Notes under the pieces: model-generated
What the model was told of the DNA's origin: nothing
Seen by the model: only the letters and a program-made list of their open reading frames with translations
Database searches by the model: none
Part shown: positions 18,864 to 27,961 of the stretch, piece after piece
Layout of the letters: the number at the start of each line of letters is the position of its first letter
Position numbering within the stretch: the first letter of the stretch is position 1
Translations under genes and position numbers: made by a program
Source of the DNA: Deferribacterales bacterium
Lineage (GTDB): Bacteria > Chrysiogenota > Deferribacteres > Deferribacterales > Geovibrionaceae
DNA length: 64,000 bases
Reading direction: 5' to 3'
Assembly: GCA_050251875.1 (NCBI GenBank)
Contig: JBFWMA010000003.1
Location: forward strand, 192,001 to 256,000

Positions 18864-20143
18864 CAACATTCAAACAGGTAAAAAGCCTGAAAGGCACAGT
18901 CCGTGTGCCTTCAGATAAATCTATCAGCCACAGGTCGTTCATGTTTCTGTCTATGGCAAAGGGCAGAGGCAGGATCATAGACCCCCTGCTCTCCGCCGAT
19001 ACTAAAGCCACAATGGCGGCTATGCAGTCGGTGGGTGTGCAGTTCGAGGAGACAGTGGACGGATTCGTGGTGACATCCGAAGGGTATAAAAACTTCAGAG
19101 AGCCCGACAACGTTATCGACTGTATGAACTCCGGAACCACAGCCAGACTGCTTTCCGGCGTGTTTGCCCCTTCCGGTAAATACGTTGTTCTGACAGGAGA
19201 CGCCTCCCTGCGCAAGCGCCCCATGGACAGGGTTATTCAGCCTCTGTCTGCCATGGGTGTTCAGTTCGCCGCCAGAAACAACGGAAGCCTGCTTCCCATG
19301 ACTATACTGCCGTCCAAGACCCATCCGGCGGATATCATCGCCACAGCCAAAAGCGCCCAGGTAAAGAGCGCCGTTCTGCTGGCGGGCATCCAGACCGATG
19401 GCGTAACCACCTATACAGAAAAAGCCGTCACCAGAAACCACACGGAGATAATGCTCTCCGCTCTGGGGGCTAATATAAAGACAGAAGGGCTGAAGATAAC
19501 CGTGGAAGGAGCCGCCGATCTGCGCTCCATGGACATAGTCGTTCCCGGTGATTTCTCTTCCGCCGCCTTCTTTCTGGGCGCGGCGCTCATGTTCGAAAAC
19601 TCCGAGCTGATGCTGGAAAACGTGGGGCTGAACCCCACCAGAAGCGGAATGCTCACCGTTCTGGAGAATATGGGCGTTAAATATGCTCTGGAGAACGAGA
19701 GAGGCGGAGCTGAAAAGCTGGGCGATATCATCATCAGCTCACAGCCTTTCAAAGGATGCGAAATAGAGGGCGATATCATCGCCAACATCATAGACGAACT
19801 TCCCATGATAGCCACGCTGGGGCTTTTCGCCGACAGTCCTGTTACTATCAGAAACGCTAAGGAACTGAGGGTTAAGGAGAGCGACCGCATTATGGCGACT
19901 CTGCACAACCTGAACGCTCTGGGGGCTGAGACAGAGGAGTTCGAGGACGGGATGAAGATTTATCCCATCAAAAAGGTGAACAGCAAGGCGGAGCTGAAAT
20001 CTTTTGACGATCACAGAATCGCCATGATAGCCATCATGCTGGCAAAACGTTTCGGCGGCGATATCAGCGTGGACAACGTGCACTGCGTGGATGTATCATT
20101 TCCTACATTCATGGAGACATTCTCCGCTCTGGAGGCGAAATGA
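18860..20143 (+). CDS. aroA: EPSP synthase
   Basis: DKSISHR, NSGTTARL, SAQVKSA, ELRVKESDRI, DDHRIAM. Confidence 0.97.
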   Translation: MTTFKQVKSLKGTVRVPSDKSISHRSFMFLSMAKGRGRIIDPLLSADTKATMAAMQSVGVQFEETVDGFVVTSEGYKNFREPDNVIDCMNSGTTARLLSGVFAPSGKYVVLTGDASLRKRPMDRVIQPLSAMGVQFAARNNGSLLPMTILPSKTHPADIIATAKSAQVKSAVLLAGIQTDGVTTYTEKAVTRNHTEIMLSALGANIKTEGLKITVEGAADLRSMDIVVPGDFSSAAFFLGAALMFENSELMLENVGLNPTRSGMLTVLENMGVKYALENERGGAEKLGDIIISSQPFKGCEIEGDIIANIIDELPMIATLGLFADSPVTIRNAKELRVKESDRIMATLHNLNALGAETEEFEDGMKIYPIKKVNSKAELKSFDDHRIAMIAIMLAKRFGGDISVDNVHCVDVSFPTFMETFSALEAK

Positions 20144-20787
20144 TAATAGCGGTAGACGGTCCTGCCGGAAGCGGCAAAAGCACCGTAAGCAAGGTTGTGG
20201 CGAAAAATCTGGGGATAACATATCTGGATTCAGGAGCTCTCTACAGAGCCTGCGCATACATTGGCATCACGCATAATCTGACCGGAGACGCCCTGTGCGA
20301 CAAGGTATCCCACGCCGTGATGGAGTTCGATACAGCAGGCAATCTCTTTCTGACGCTGGACGGCAGAACAGACGACATATCGAAGGTGATAAGAACACCC
20401 GAGATAGCGGCGAACGTCAGCGCCGTGGCTGCTATGGAGAAGATCAGAGCTCAGGTGAACGAGAAGCTGAGATATATGGCATCGAAGACATCAGTCATTA
20501 TGGACGGACGGGACATAGGCACGTTTGTTTTTCCGGACGCCGATTATAAATTTTTTCTGGTGGCGTCACCCCGTGAGAGAGCCCGCCGCAGACTGAAAGA
20601 TTATGAGGCGATGGGACTGACAAAAACCATCGAAGAGATAGAGCAGGAAATAATCAAAAGAGACAAACTGGACTCCGAACGTGAGCACGCTCCGCTGAAA
20701 AAGGCTGAAAATGCCGAAGAAATCGACACTACTGACTTGACAATAGAGGAAGTTATATCAATAATAACCGCAAGAGTTAGCGCATAA
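20140..20787 (+). CDS. cmk: Cytidylate kinase
   Basis: AVDGPAGSGKST, LDSGALYR, DGRDIGT. Confidence 0.96.
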   Translation: MIIAVDGPAGSGKSTVSKVVAKNLGITYLDSGALYRACAYIGITHNLTGDALCDKVSHAVMEFDTAGNLFLTLDGRTDDISKVIRTPEIAANVSAVAAMEKIRAQVNEKLRYMASKTSVIMDGRDIGTFVFPDADYKFFLVASPRERARRRLKDYEAMGLTKTIEEIEQEIIKRDKLDSEREHAPLKKAENAEEIDTTDLTIEEVISIITARVSA

Positions 20788-20804
20788 AAATTTTTGGAGC
20801 GCAG

Positions 20805-21653
20805 GTGGAAATTATTATAGCAGACCACGCCGGATTCTGTTTCGGGGTGGAAAGAGCCGTAGGTCTGGTCGATGAGACATCGAAAAATAACAAAGATGTC
20901 TATACTTTAGGTCCGATCATCCATAATCCGCAGATTGTAAAGAAATTCTCTGATCAGGGGGTTGAGGTTTGCGAAGACCCCGAATCTTTTAAAGCCACTG
21001 ACACTGTTGTGATACGTTCTCACGGTGTTCCAAAAAAAATTTACGGACAGCTTCAGGAAAAATCTGTTAATATAGTTGATGCTACCTGTCCTTTTGTAAA
21101 AAAGGCGCAGAGCTCGGCGCAAAAACTCGGCAAAAGCGGCGCGACAGTGACCGTTTTCGGGGAGAAGAATCACCCCGAGGTTAAAAGCATTGTCAGTTTT
21201 ATAGATTCTGAGTTTTTCGTTGTTTCTGACGAGGCGGATACGATGGAACTGCCGTTCAGAAACAGCTATGCTCTGGTGGCTCAGACCACACAGAACTCGG
21301 AATCATTTGACAAAATTGCCGAAATACTTAAAACTAAGTGTGAGACGCTCACCGTCACAAACACCATATGTAATGCCACCAGCCTGAGACAGGCGTCCGC
21401 CATCAATCTGGCGGGTCAGGTGGACGTTATGCTGATTATTGGCGGTAAGAACAGCGGAAACACCACAAGATTATATGAGATATGTAAAAGTATCTGCAAA
21501 GATACTTACCACATAGAAACAAAAGAGGAACTTGATACGGACATCTTTAAGACAAGCCGGAAGGTTGGCATTACAGCCGGCGCCAGTACCCCCGGCTATC
21601 TGGTAGACGAAGTAATAGAATTTTTAAAAGAGGTCGCTAATGAGCAGGATTAA
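20805..21653 (+). CDS. ispH: 4-hydroxy-3-methylbut-2-enyl diphosphate reductase
   Basis: AGFCFGV, DATCPFV, TICNAT, GITAGASTP. Confidence 0.96.
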   Translation: MEIIIADHAGFCFGVERAVGLVDETSKNNKDVYTLGPIIHNPQIVKKFSDQGVEVCEDPESFKATDTVVIRSHGVPKKIYGQLQEKSVNIVDATCPFVKKAQSSAQKLGKSGATVTVFGEKNHPEVKSIVSFIDSEFFVVSDEADTMELPFRNSYALVAQTTQNSESFDKIAEILKTKCETLTVTNTICNATSLRQASAINLAGQVDVMLIIGGKNSGNTTRLYEICKSICKDTYHIETKEELDTDIFKTSRKVGITAGASTPGYLVDEVIEFLKEVANEQD

Positions 21654-23331
21654 CGAAAACGGCGGAGACAACATGCGTATGGAAGATTTCGAGGCGATGC
21701 TGGAAGAATCTCTTCAGCAGCCCGAAAAGAACTCTGTCGTGAAAGGAACAGTCGCACAAATCAATGACAGTGATGTCCTTGTAAATATCGGCTACAAAAC
21801 AGAAGGTATCGTACCCGCAGCCGAGTTTATGAAAGACGGAGAGCTGTCTATAAAAGTCGGAGACGAGATTGAGGTTCTCTTTCTCGGGATTTCCGGCGGA
21901 GGCGGCTACCTGAAACTCTCCAGAAAGGCCATCGAAAAAGAGACCGACTGGATAGACGTTGACAACGCTCTTGAGAATAATACTCCCCTGATGGTGAAGA
22001 TCACTTCCGTCGTGGACAAAGGATTTCTCGGTAAATACGGCGAGATAGAGTGCTTCATCCCCGAAAACCACATAGATTTCAAAAACGCCTCCATGAAGCC
22101 TGAAGATTATGTCGGTCAGACTTTTGAGTGCAAGGTTCTGAAATCAAACAAAAAACAGAGATCATTCCTCGCTTCACGCAAGCTGCAGATGATTCAGTCT
22201 ATCGAAAAAGACAAAAAGAGCTTTTTCGATGGAATCAACGAAGGCGATGTGCTGACAGGCAAGGTAAAAACTATAAAACATTACGGCGCTTTCATGAACT
22301 TCGGCGCTGTGGACGGTTTCCTGCGCAAGAACAACATAGCCTGGGGCGTTGTGAAGCACCCCAACCAGTATCTGGAAGAGGGCGATGAGCTCTCTGTGAA
22401 AGTTCTCTCCATCGACCTTGAGAACGAAAAGCTGGAAGTCGGTCTGAAACAGATGTCTGAAGATCCCTGGGAAAAATCAGCAGAGAAATATCCCGTGGGT
22501 TCAGATGTGAAAGGTGTTGTGGTTGCCAGAAAGAACAAAGGCTTCGTAATGGAGATCGAGCAGGGCGTGGACGGATTCATCCCGCTGGAAGAGATTTCAT
22601 GGCTGAAAAACGCAAAAATAGCTATCGAGCCTAAGGACGCTGTTGTCGGCAGAGTTCTGGACGTGGACAACGAAAAGAAAAAGCTGATAATATCTCTGAA
22701 AGATCTTCAGGAGAACCCCTGGAACTCTCTGAAAACAAAACACCCCAAAGATTCCATCGTTACAGGAACTATCAAATCCATCACTGATTTCGGTATTTTT
22801 GTGGATTTCGGCGAGTTTCTGGACGGTCTTATCCGCAAAAAAGACATTTCATGGACAGAAGAGCCCGTTGATCTGAACACTCTCTACAAAGAGGGAGACA
22901 GCATCGAGGCGAAAGTCCTGAACATAGATTCTGAAAGAGAAAGAATCAGCCTCGGTATCAAACAGATGGAAACCAACCCCTGGAGAGAGGTGGGCAAGAT
23001 GCTCCCCAACGGAAAAGTTGTGGATGTTAAAGTTGTCGCCGTATCCAAAGAGGGTCTGGAAGTTGAGCTCCCCAGAGAGCTGAAAGGTTTCATCCCTGAC
23101 AACGAGCTGGATATGGACAGAGTTGACCCCACAGAAAAATTTGCCGTGGGCGACACAGTGAAAGCCGTGGTTCTGCGTAACGATGCCAGAGAGAAAAAGA
23201 TTCTGCTCTCCGTGCGCAAATTCATGCATGATTCAGAAAAACGTGAAGTGAAAGAATACATGAAAAAACTGGAGCAGTCAGACGACAGCAGCTTCAGTCT
23301 GGGCAACATACTGAAGGGCAAACTTCAGTAA
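21640..23331 (+). CDS. rpsA: 30S ribosomal protein S1
   Basis: Six S1 repeats (GYKTEG, LGIKQMETNPW); conserved cmk-ispH-rpsA context. Confidence 0.93.
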   Translation: MSRINENGGDNMRMEDFEAMLEESLQQPEKNSVVKGTVAQINDSDVLVNIGYKTEGIVPAAEFMKDGELSIKVGDEIEVLFLGISGGGGYLKLSRKAIEKETDWIDVDNALENNTPLMVKITSVVDKGFLGKYGEIECFIPENHIDFKNASMKPEDYVGQTFECKVLKSNKKQRSFLASRKLQMIQSIEKDKKSFFDGINEGDVLTGKVKTIKHYGAFMNFGAVDGFLRKNNIAWGVVKHPNQYLEEGDELSVKVLSIDLENEKLEVGLKQMSEDPWEKSAEKYPVGSDVKGVVVARKNKGFVMEIEQGVDGFIPLEEISWLKNAKIAIEPKDAVVGRVLDVDNEKKKLIISLKDLQENPWNSLKTKHPKDSIVTGTIKSITDFGIFVDFGEFLDGLIRKKDISWTEEPVDLNTLYKEGDSIEAKVLNIDSERERISLGIKQMETNPWREVGKMLPNGKVVDVKVVAVSKEGLEVELPRELKGFIPDNELDMDRVDPTEKFAVGDTVKAVVLRNDAREKKILLSVRKFMHDSEKREVKEYMKKLEQSDDSSFSLGNILKGKLQ

Positions 23332-23419
23332 TCTTTCTCTCACAGTTTAATAAGCGATATACACGGCGGGGCAGATTCAGATATGGATTGACCCGCCGTA
23401 TCTGTTTACAGGGTGACAT

Positions 23420-24286
23420 ATGAAAAATCTTTTTCGTTTCTTCGGCAAGGCTTTTCTGTTTTTTCTCGCTTTCGCCATCGTTGTGCGGATAATCTCCGTC
23501 ATGGGCGGAATGGAAGATGATCTGGTGATGCAGGACAGCATCGCTGTGGTGCGTCTGGAAGGGATCATACTGAACACCAGAGATCTGGGAGATGAACTGA
23601 AAAAGCTGGATGAGAACGACCGCATAAAAGGCGTGATTCTGGAGATAAACTCCCCCGGAGGAGCCATCGCCCCCACAGAAGCTCTCTATCTGCGTCTTCA
23701 GAAGATGAAGAAACCGGTCTATGCCGTGATGGAATCACTGGCGGCGTCCGGAGGATATTACACCGCAGCCGGATGCGACAGGATATACGCCATGGACACC
23801 ACCACCACAGGAAGCATCGGCGTTATCATGGAGTTTTCCAACATTCAGGGGCTTCTGGATAAGATAGGCGTGAAGACTGTTGTGGTTAAGAGCGGAAAGA
23901 TGAAGGATGTTCCGTCTCCGACACGCCCGATGACTAAAGAGGAAGAAGAATATCTTCAGGGCAGCATCAACGACTTTTATGAGATGTTCATCAGGGATAT
24001 TCTGAAAAACAGACCGATAAAAGAGGAAAAACTCAGGGAAGTAGCTGACGGACGTGTTTTCAGCGGGCGTCAGGCGAAGGAACTGAAGCTGATAGACAAG
24101 ATAGGCACCAGAGAAGAAGCCGTTGAGGATATGAAAACAGACCTCGGCATGCCCGATCTGGATGTCCGTGAATATTATGAAGAGGAAAAAGGGCTGGTTC
24201 GCCAGCTTCTGAGTCAGGCGAAAAATTTTACATCAACCCACATGGCTGACGGTCAGATATATTACCTCTACAGACCGGGCTTATAG
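23420..24286 (+). CDS. sppA: Signal peptide peptidase SppA (36K type)
   Basis: INSPGG, AASGGYY, GSIGV, KSGKMKD, ADGRVFSG. Confidence 0.93.
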   Translation: MKNLFRFFGKAFLFFLAFAIVVRIISVMGGMEDDLVMQDSIAVVRLEGIILNTRDLGDELKKLDENDRIKGVILEINSPGGAIAPTEALYLRLQKMKKPVYAVMESLAASGGYYTAAGCDRIYAMDTTTTGSIGVIMEFSNIQGLLDKIGVKTVVVKSGKMKDVPSPTRPMTKEEEEYLQGSINDFYEMFIRDILKNRPIKEEKLREVADGRVFSGRQAKELKLIDKIGTREEAVEDMKTDLGMPDLDVREYYEEEKGLVRQLLSQAKNFTSTHMADGQIYYLYRPGL

Positions 24287-25171
24287 ATGGAACTGAGCCA
24301 GCTTAACGCTTTTGCCGTTACCGCCGAGCTGAAAAATATGACTAAGGCGGCAGACAGGCTGAATCTGAGCCTGTCCGCTCTGTCCACACAGATAAAATCT
24401 CTGGAGGCAGAGCTAGATATCCCTCTCTTTAACCGGATGGCGAGAGGTGTGGAGCTGACGCCTGAGGGCGCACAGCTTCTGGAATACGCTCTGACGGTGA
24501 TAGACGCCACAGAGAGCATGAAGCGCCACGCCATGCGCATGCAGAAAGAGCTTAAAGGCAGCATCACCATCGGCGTGAATACCGACCCGGTGTTTCTGCG
24601 CATCACGGATATTAACTCCGCCCTGCTCCACCGTCTGCCGGACGTTTCTCTGCGGTTTGCCATCAGCGAATCGGGCAAGACCGCGGAAATGCTGAAAAAA
24701 CGTGAGCTGGATATCGGCTTCGTTTACACCCGTCTGAACGACAGCGAGGTTCTCTCCGAAAAAATCATTCAGGTAAATATATGTATGGTTGTGTCAAAAG
24801 GTCTGCTGAAAGACCCTCAGAACACAAGCTGGGCGGATCTCTCCAGTCTGCCTATGGTCAGCGGTAGCAGCGACTGTCCGTTTCAGTGGGTGCTGAACAC
24901 CCAGTCCGAGGAATATAAACAGCCTTCTAAAACAGTGGTGGCCACTGACGAATATGTTATGATGGAGCTGGTGAAGAACGGTATGGGGCTCTGCATCATG
25001 CGTGAGGACAATGCCAGAAAGCTGGAACGTGAGGGGCATGTGGACGTTCTGGAGGATAAAACGATCTCTATTCCGCTGTGTCTGGCGGTGCTGAGATCCA
25101 GAAAGGAAGAACCGCTCATCAGCACGGCTCTGGAGGCGGTGTATTCTGTTTTTGAGGTGGCTGATGATTAA
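24287..25171 (+). CDS. LysR family transcriptional regulator
   Basis: TKAADRLNLSLSALSTQIKSLEAELDIPLFNR...LTPEG. Confidence 0.92.
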   Translation: MELSQLNAFAVTAELKNMTKAADRLNLSLSALSTQIKSLEAELDIPLFNRMARGVELTPEGAQLLEYALTVIDATESMKRHAMRMQKELKGSITIGVNTDPVFLRITDINSALLHRLPDVSLRFAISESGKTAEMLKKRELDIGFVYTRLNDSEVLSEKIIQVNICMVVSKGLLKDPQNTSWADLSSLPMVSGSSDCPFQWVLNTQSEEYKQPSKTVVATDEYVMMELVKNGMGLCIMREDNARKLEREGHVDVLEDKTISIPLCLAVLRSRKEEPLISTALEAVYSVFEVADD

Positions 25172-25919
25172 ATATTTTCTGATAATACTTACCGCTCTGG
25201 TCTTTTTCGGATGCGCTCATCAGGGCGACACTGTGACGCAGATTTCCACCATAGACGCCCTTCTCGCCGGACACTATGACGGCGCGGAGACTCTGGACGA
25301 GATGAAGACTTACGGCGATTTCGGCATAGGCACTTTCGACAGACTGGAAGGCGAGATGATAGTTCTTAACGGCAGAGTGTATCAGGCGAAAGCGGACGGA
25401 AAGATATATGAACCGGAAAAAATGACGACTCCCTTTGCCTCCGTGTCATTTTTCAAAGCGGATAATACGGCGGATGTAACAGAGCCCGCTGACTATGCGG
25501 GGCTGATAAAGACGGCCGACAGTATGGCGCAGGACAAGAATATTTTCTGCGCTTTGAAGGCGGAAGGCGTTTTTTCTGTGATGAAGGTGCGCTCCGTTCC
25601 GGCACAGAACAAACCTTATCTGCCTCTGGCGGAGGTGGTTAAAACCCAGTCGGTGTATGAGTATCAGAACATCGAGGGGACTATAGTCGGCTACAGACTG
25701 CCGGAATATATCAAAGGGCTTAACGTGGGCGGGTACCACCTGCATTTCATAGACAAGGATAAGAAGGTCGGCGGGCATATTCTGGGCTTCACCATGATAA
25801 GAGGCAAAGTGTCCGTGGACGAGCAGAACAGGCTTTTTCTGATACTGCCGAAAGAGGGTCTGAAAGATCTGGATCTGACTAAGGACAGGGCTGAAGAGTT
25901 GGAAAGAGTGGAGAAGTAG
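25164..25919 (+). CDS. budA: Alpha-acetolactate decarboxylase with lipoprotein signal peptide
   Basis: QISTIDALLAGHYDG, GDFGIGTF, LEGEM, GYHLHF, GGH; N-terminal MIKYFLIILTALVFFGC. Confidence 0.9.
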   Translation: MIKYFLIILTALVFFGCAHQGDTVTQISTIDALLAGHYDGAETLDEMKTYGDFGIGTFDRLEGEMIVLNGRVYQAKADGKIYEPEKMTTPFASVSFFKADNTADVTEPADYAGLIKTADSMAQDKNIFCALKAEGVFSVMKVRSVPAQNKPYLPLAEVVKTQSVYEYQNIEGTIVGYRLPEYIKGLNVGGYHLHFIDKDKKVGGHILGFTMIRGKVSVDEQNRLFLILPKEGLKDLDLTKDRAEELERVEK

Positions 25920-25921
25920 TC

Positions 25922-26107
25922 ATGAAATATGTTGTGGTTATGGCTATGATGATGGCAGTTCTTTCGGGATGCACAAAACAGGCATGGTATGAGGGGATGA
26001 GAACCGGGCACGCAAACGAGTGCGGCAGACTGGAAGGCGAAGCCAGAGAAAAATGCCTGAAGAACAATGATATGTCTTATGAAAAATACGAAGAGCTGAG
26101 AAAATAA
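25922..26107 (+). CDS. Small hypothetical lipoprotein
   Basis: MKYVVVMAMMMAVLSGC lipobox and two further Cys; starts 2 nt after budA. Confidence 0.7.
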   Translation: MKYVVVMAMMMAVLSGCTKQAWYEGMRTGHANECGRLEGEAREKCLKNNDMSYEKYEELRK

Positions 26108-26118
26108 CTTTTGACAGT

Positions 26119-26157
26119 AAAAAGCCCTATAATCTTTTGATTAGATTATAGGGCTTT
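26119..26157. terminator. Bidirectional intrinsic terminator (stronger on minus strand)
   Basis: 15-bp perfect stem AAAGCCCTATAATCT/AGATTATAGGGCTTT; T5 on minus versus T3 on plus. Confidence 0.8.
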
Positions 26158-26440
26158 AGACGTTGGGTGGTGTCACCTCAAAACCCATTGGAATTTCTCC
26201 TTTCCCTAACCTCTCTTACAGATGCGTTTCATTGAACTTCTTCCGCTTATACAACTTCCGTCATAAATCTGAGGTTTCGGGGGTTCCATCTTTATTTTAA
26301 CTGCCTTTTCAGGTCAGCTATAAATGTAATATGTGTCCTTACGATTATTTCGCAATGGTTTTTTTGACCTCGAAAAATTTTTTTATGTCCAATTACATTC
26401 AAACAACATATAATCATATTGTATATTACAGGTGGTGATG

Positions 26441-27961
26441 ATGTTTTCAAAGGTTTTCAGCGCTCTGGTGAACGGTATAGACGCGGATATAGTCGAGGTG
26501 GAGACGGACATATCGTCCGTGGGACTGCCTTCGTTCAACATGGTGGGGCTCGCCGAAACCGCTGTGAAAGAGAGCCGGGACCGTGTAAAAGCCGCCATGA
26601 AAAATATCGGCATCAACATCTTCTCCCATCCCATAACAATCAACCTCGCCCCCGCCGACATCAAGAAGGAGGGGACGCATTTCGACCTGCCCATCGCTAT
26701 TGGTCTTGTGTGTTCCGGAGGCATGCTGAAGGAAGTGCCGTCTGACTGCCTTTTCGCCGGAGAGCTCTCTCTGGACGGAGGCTTAAGAGGCGTCACCGGG
26801 ATTCTGCCCATAGCCGCCGGAGCGAAAAAAGCGGGATTTACAAAGCTGATAGTGCCGTCGGACAACGCCGATGAGGCAGCAGTGATAGACGGTATAGATG
26901 TTTTCGGGTTTGATGATTTTTCATCCGTGCTGAAGTTCATCACAGACGGATGCGCCGGCTCAGCTCATGTGCTGGACCGAAATAAGATATTTAAGAATAA
27001 CGATATATACGGTGTGGATTTTTCCGATGTGAAGGGACAGTTCGCCGCCAGACGGTGCGCCGAGATAGCGGCGGCGGGCATGCACAATCTCTTCATGCTG
27101 GGCTCTCCCGGCAGTGGAAAGACCATGATAGCCAGACGGATACCGACAATCATGCCGGAGATGACTCTGGAAGAAGCAATAGAAACCACCAAGATACACT
27201 CTGTGGCGGGTCTGATCCGCTCCGGTAAAGATCTTGCGGGATCGAGACCCTTTCTGGCTCCGCACCACACGTCCAGCAACATAGCGCTGATAGGCGGGAC
27301 AGCTAAGGCGACACCGGGACAGGTGAGCATGGCGTCCAACGGAGTGCTGTTTTTGGATGAGTTTCTGGAATTCAACAGGAGTGTTCTGGAGACACTGCGC
27401 CAGCCTCTGGAAGACAGACATGTGACTATAGCCAGAGTAGGTAAGACAGTTACATACCCGGCTAATTTTATGCTGGTGGCGGCGGCTAACCCGTGCCCGT
27501 GCGGATATCTGGGGGACAAACAGCGTGAGTGCAAATGCACCGCTTCGCAGATACAGAAATACAGAGCCAGACTGTCCGGACCTCTGATGGACAGGATAGA
27601 TCTGCATGTGGAAGTGGCTTCGGTGGATATCTCCGAGCTGTCCGCCATGAATGACGGCGAATCCTCAGAGGCGGTCAGAGCCAGAGTGGTGATGGCGCAC
27701 GAGATTCAGAAGAAGAGATTTCACAGCTCAAAGACAGGATATAACAGCAGAATGACCGAAAAAGAGGTGAAAAAATTCTGTGTGCCTGACTCTGCCAGCC
27801 TGAAAATCTTGGAAACAGCCGCCAGAAAATATTCCATGAGCGCCAGAGCCTATACGAAAATATTAAAGACAGCCAGAACCATAGCTGACCTTGATTCATC
27901 GGAAGCCATCGGCGCCAAGCATATTCTGGAGGCGCTTCAGTACAGGCTGATTCAGGAATAA
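26441..27961 (+). CDS. comM: YifB/ComM Mg-chelatase-like AAA+ ATPase
   Basis: VGLAETAVKESRDRV, INLAPADIKKEG, GSPGSGKT, APHHT, FLDEF, NPCPCG. Confidence 0.92.
   Translation: MFSKVFSALVNGIDADIVEVETDISSVGLPSFNMVGLAETAVKESRDRVKAAMKNIGINIFSHPITINLAPADIKKEGTHFDLPIAIGLVCSGGMLKEVPSDCLFAGELSLDGGLRGVTGILPIAAGAKKAGFTKLIVPSDNADEAAVIDGIDVFGFDDFSSVLKFITDGCAGSAHVLDRNKIFKNNDIYGVDFSDVKGQFAARRCAEIAAAGMHNLFMLGSPGSGKTMIARRIPTIMPEMTLEEAIETTKIHSVAGLIRSGKDLAGSRPFLAPHHTSSNIALIGGTAKATPGQVSMASNGVLFLDEFLEFNRSVLETLRQPLEDRHVTIARVGKTVTYPANFMLVAAANPCPCGYLGDKQRECKCTASQIQKYRARLSGPLMDRIDLHVEVASVDISELSAMNDGESSEAVRARVVMAHEIQKKRFHSSKTGYNSRMTEKEVKKFCVPDSASLKILETAARKYSMSARAYTKILKTARTIADLDSSEAIGAKHILEALQYRLIQE

Noticed and set aside
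23364..23398. Hairpin after rpsA as a terminator
   Set aside because: The stem is present, but the loop is long and the U-tract poor, so the function is uncertain.
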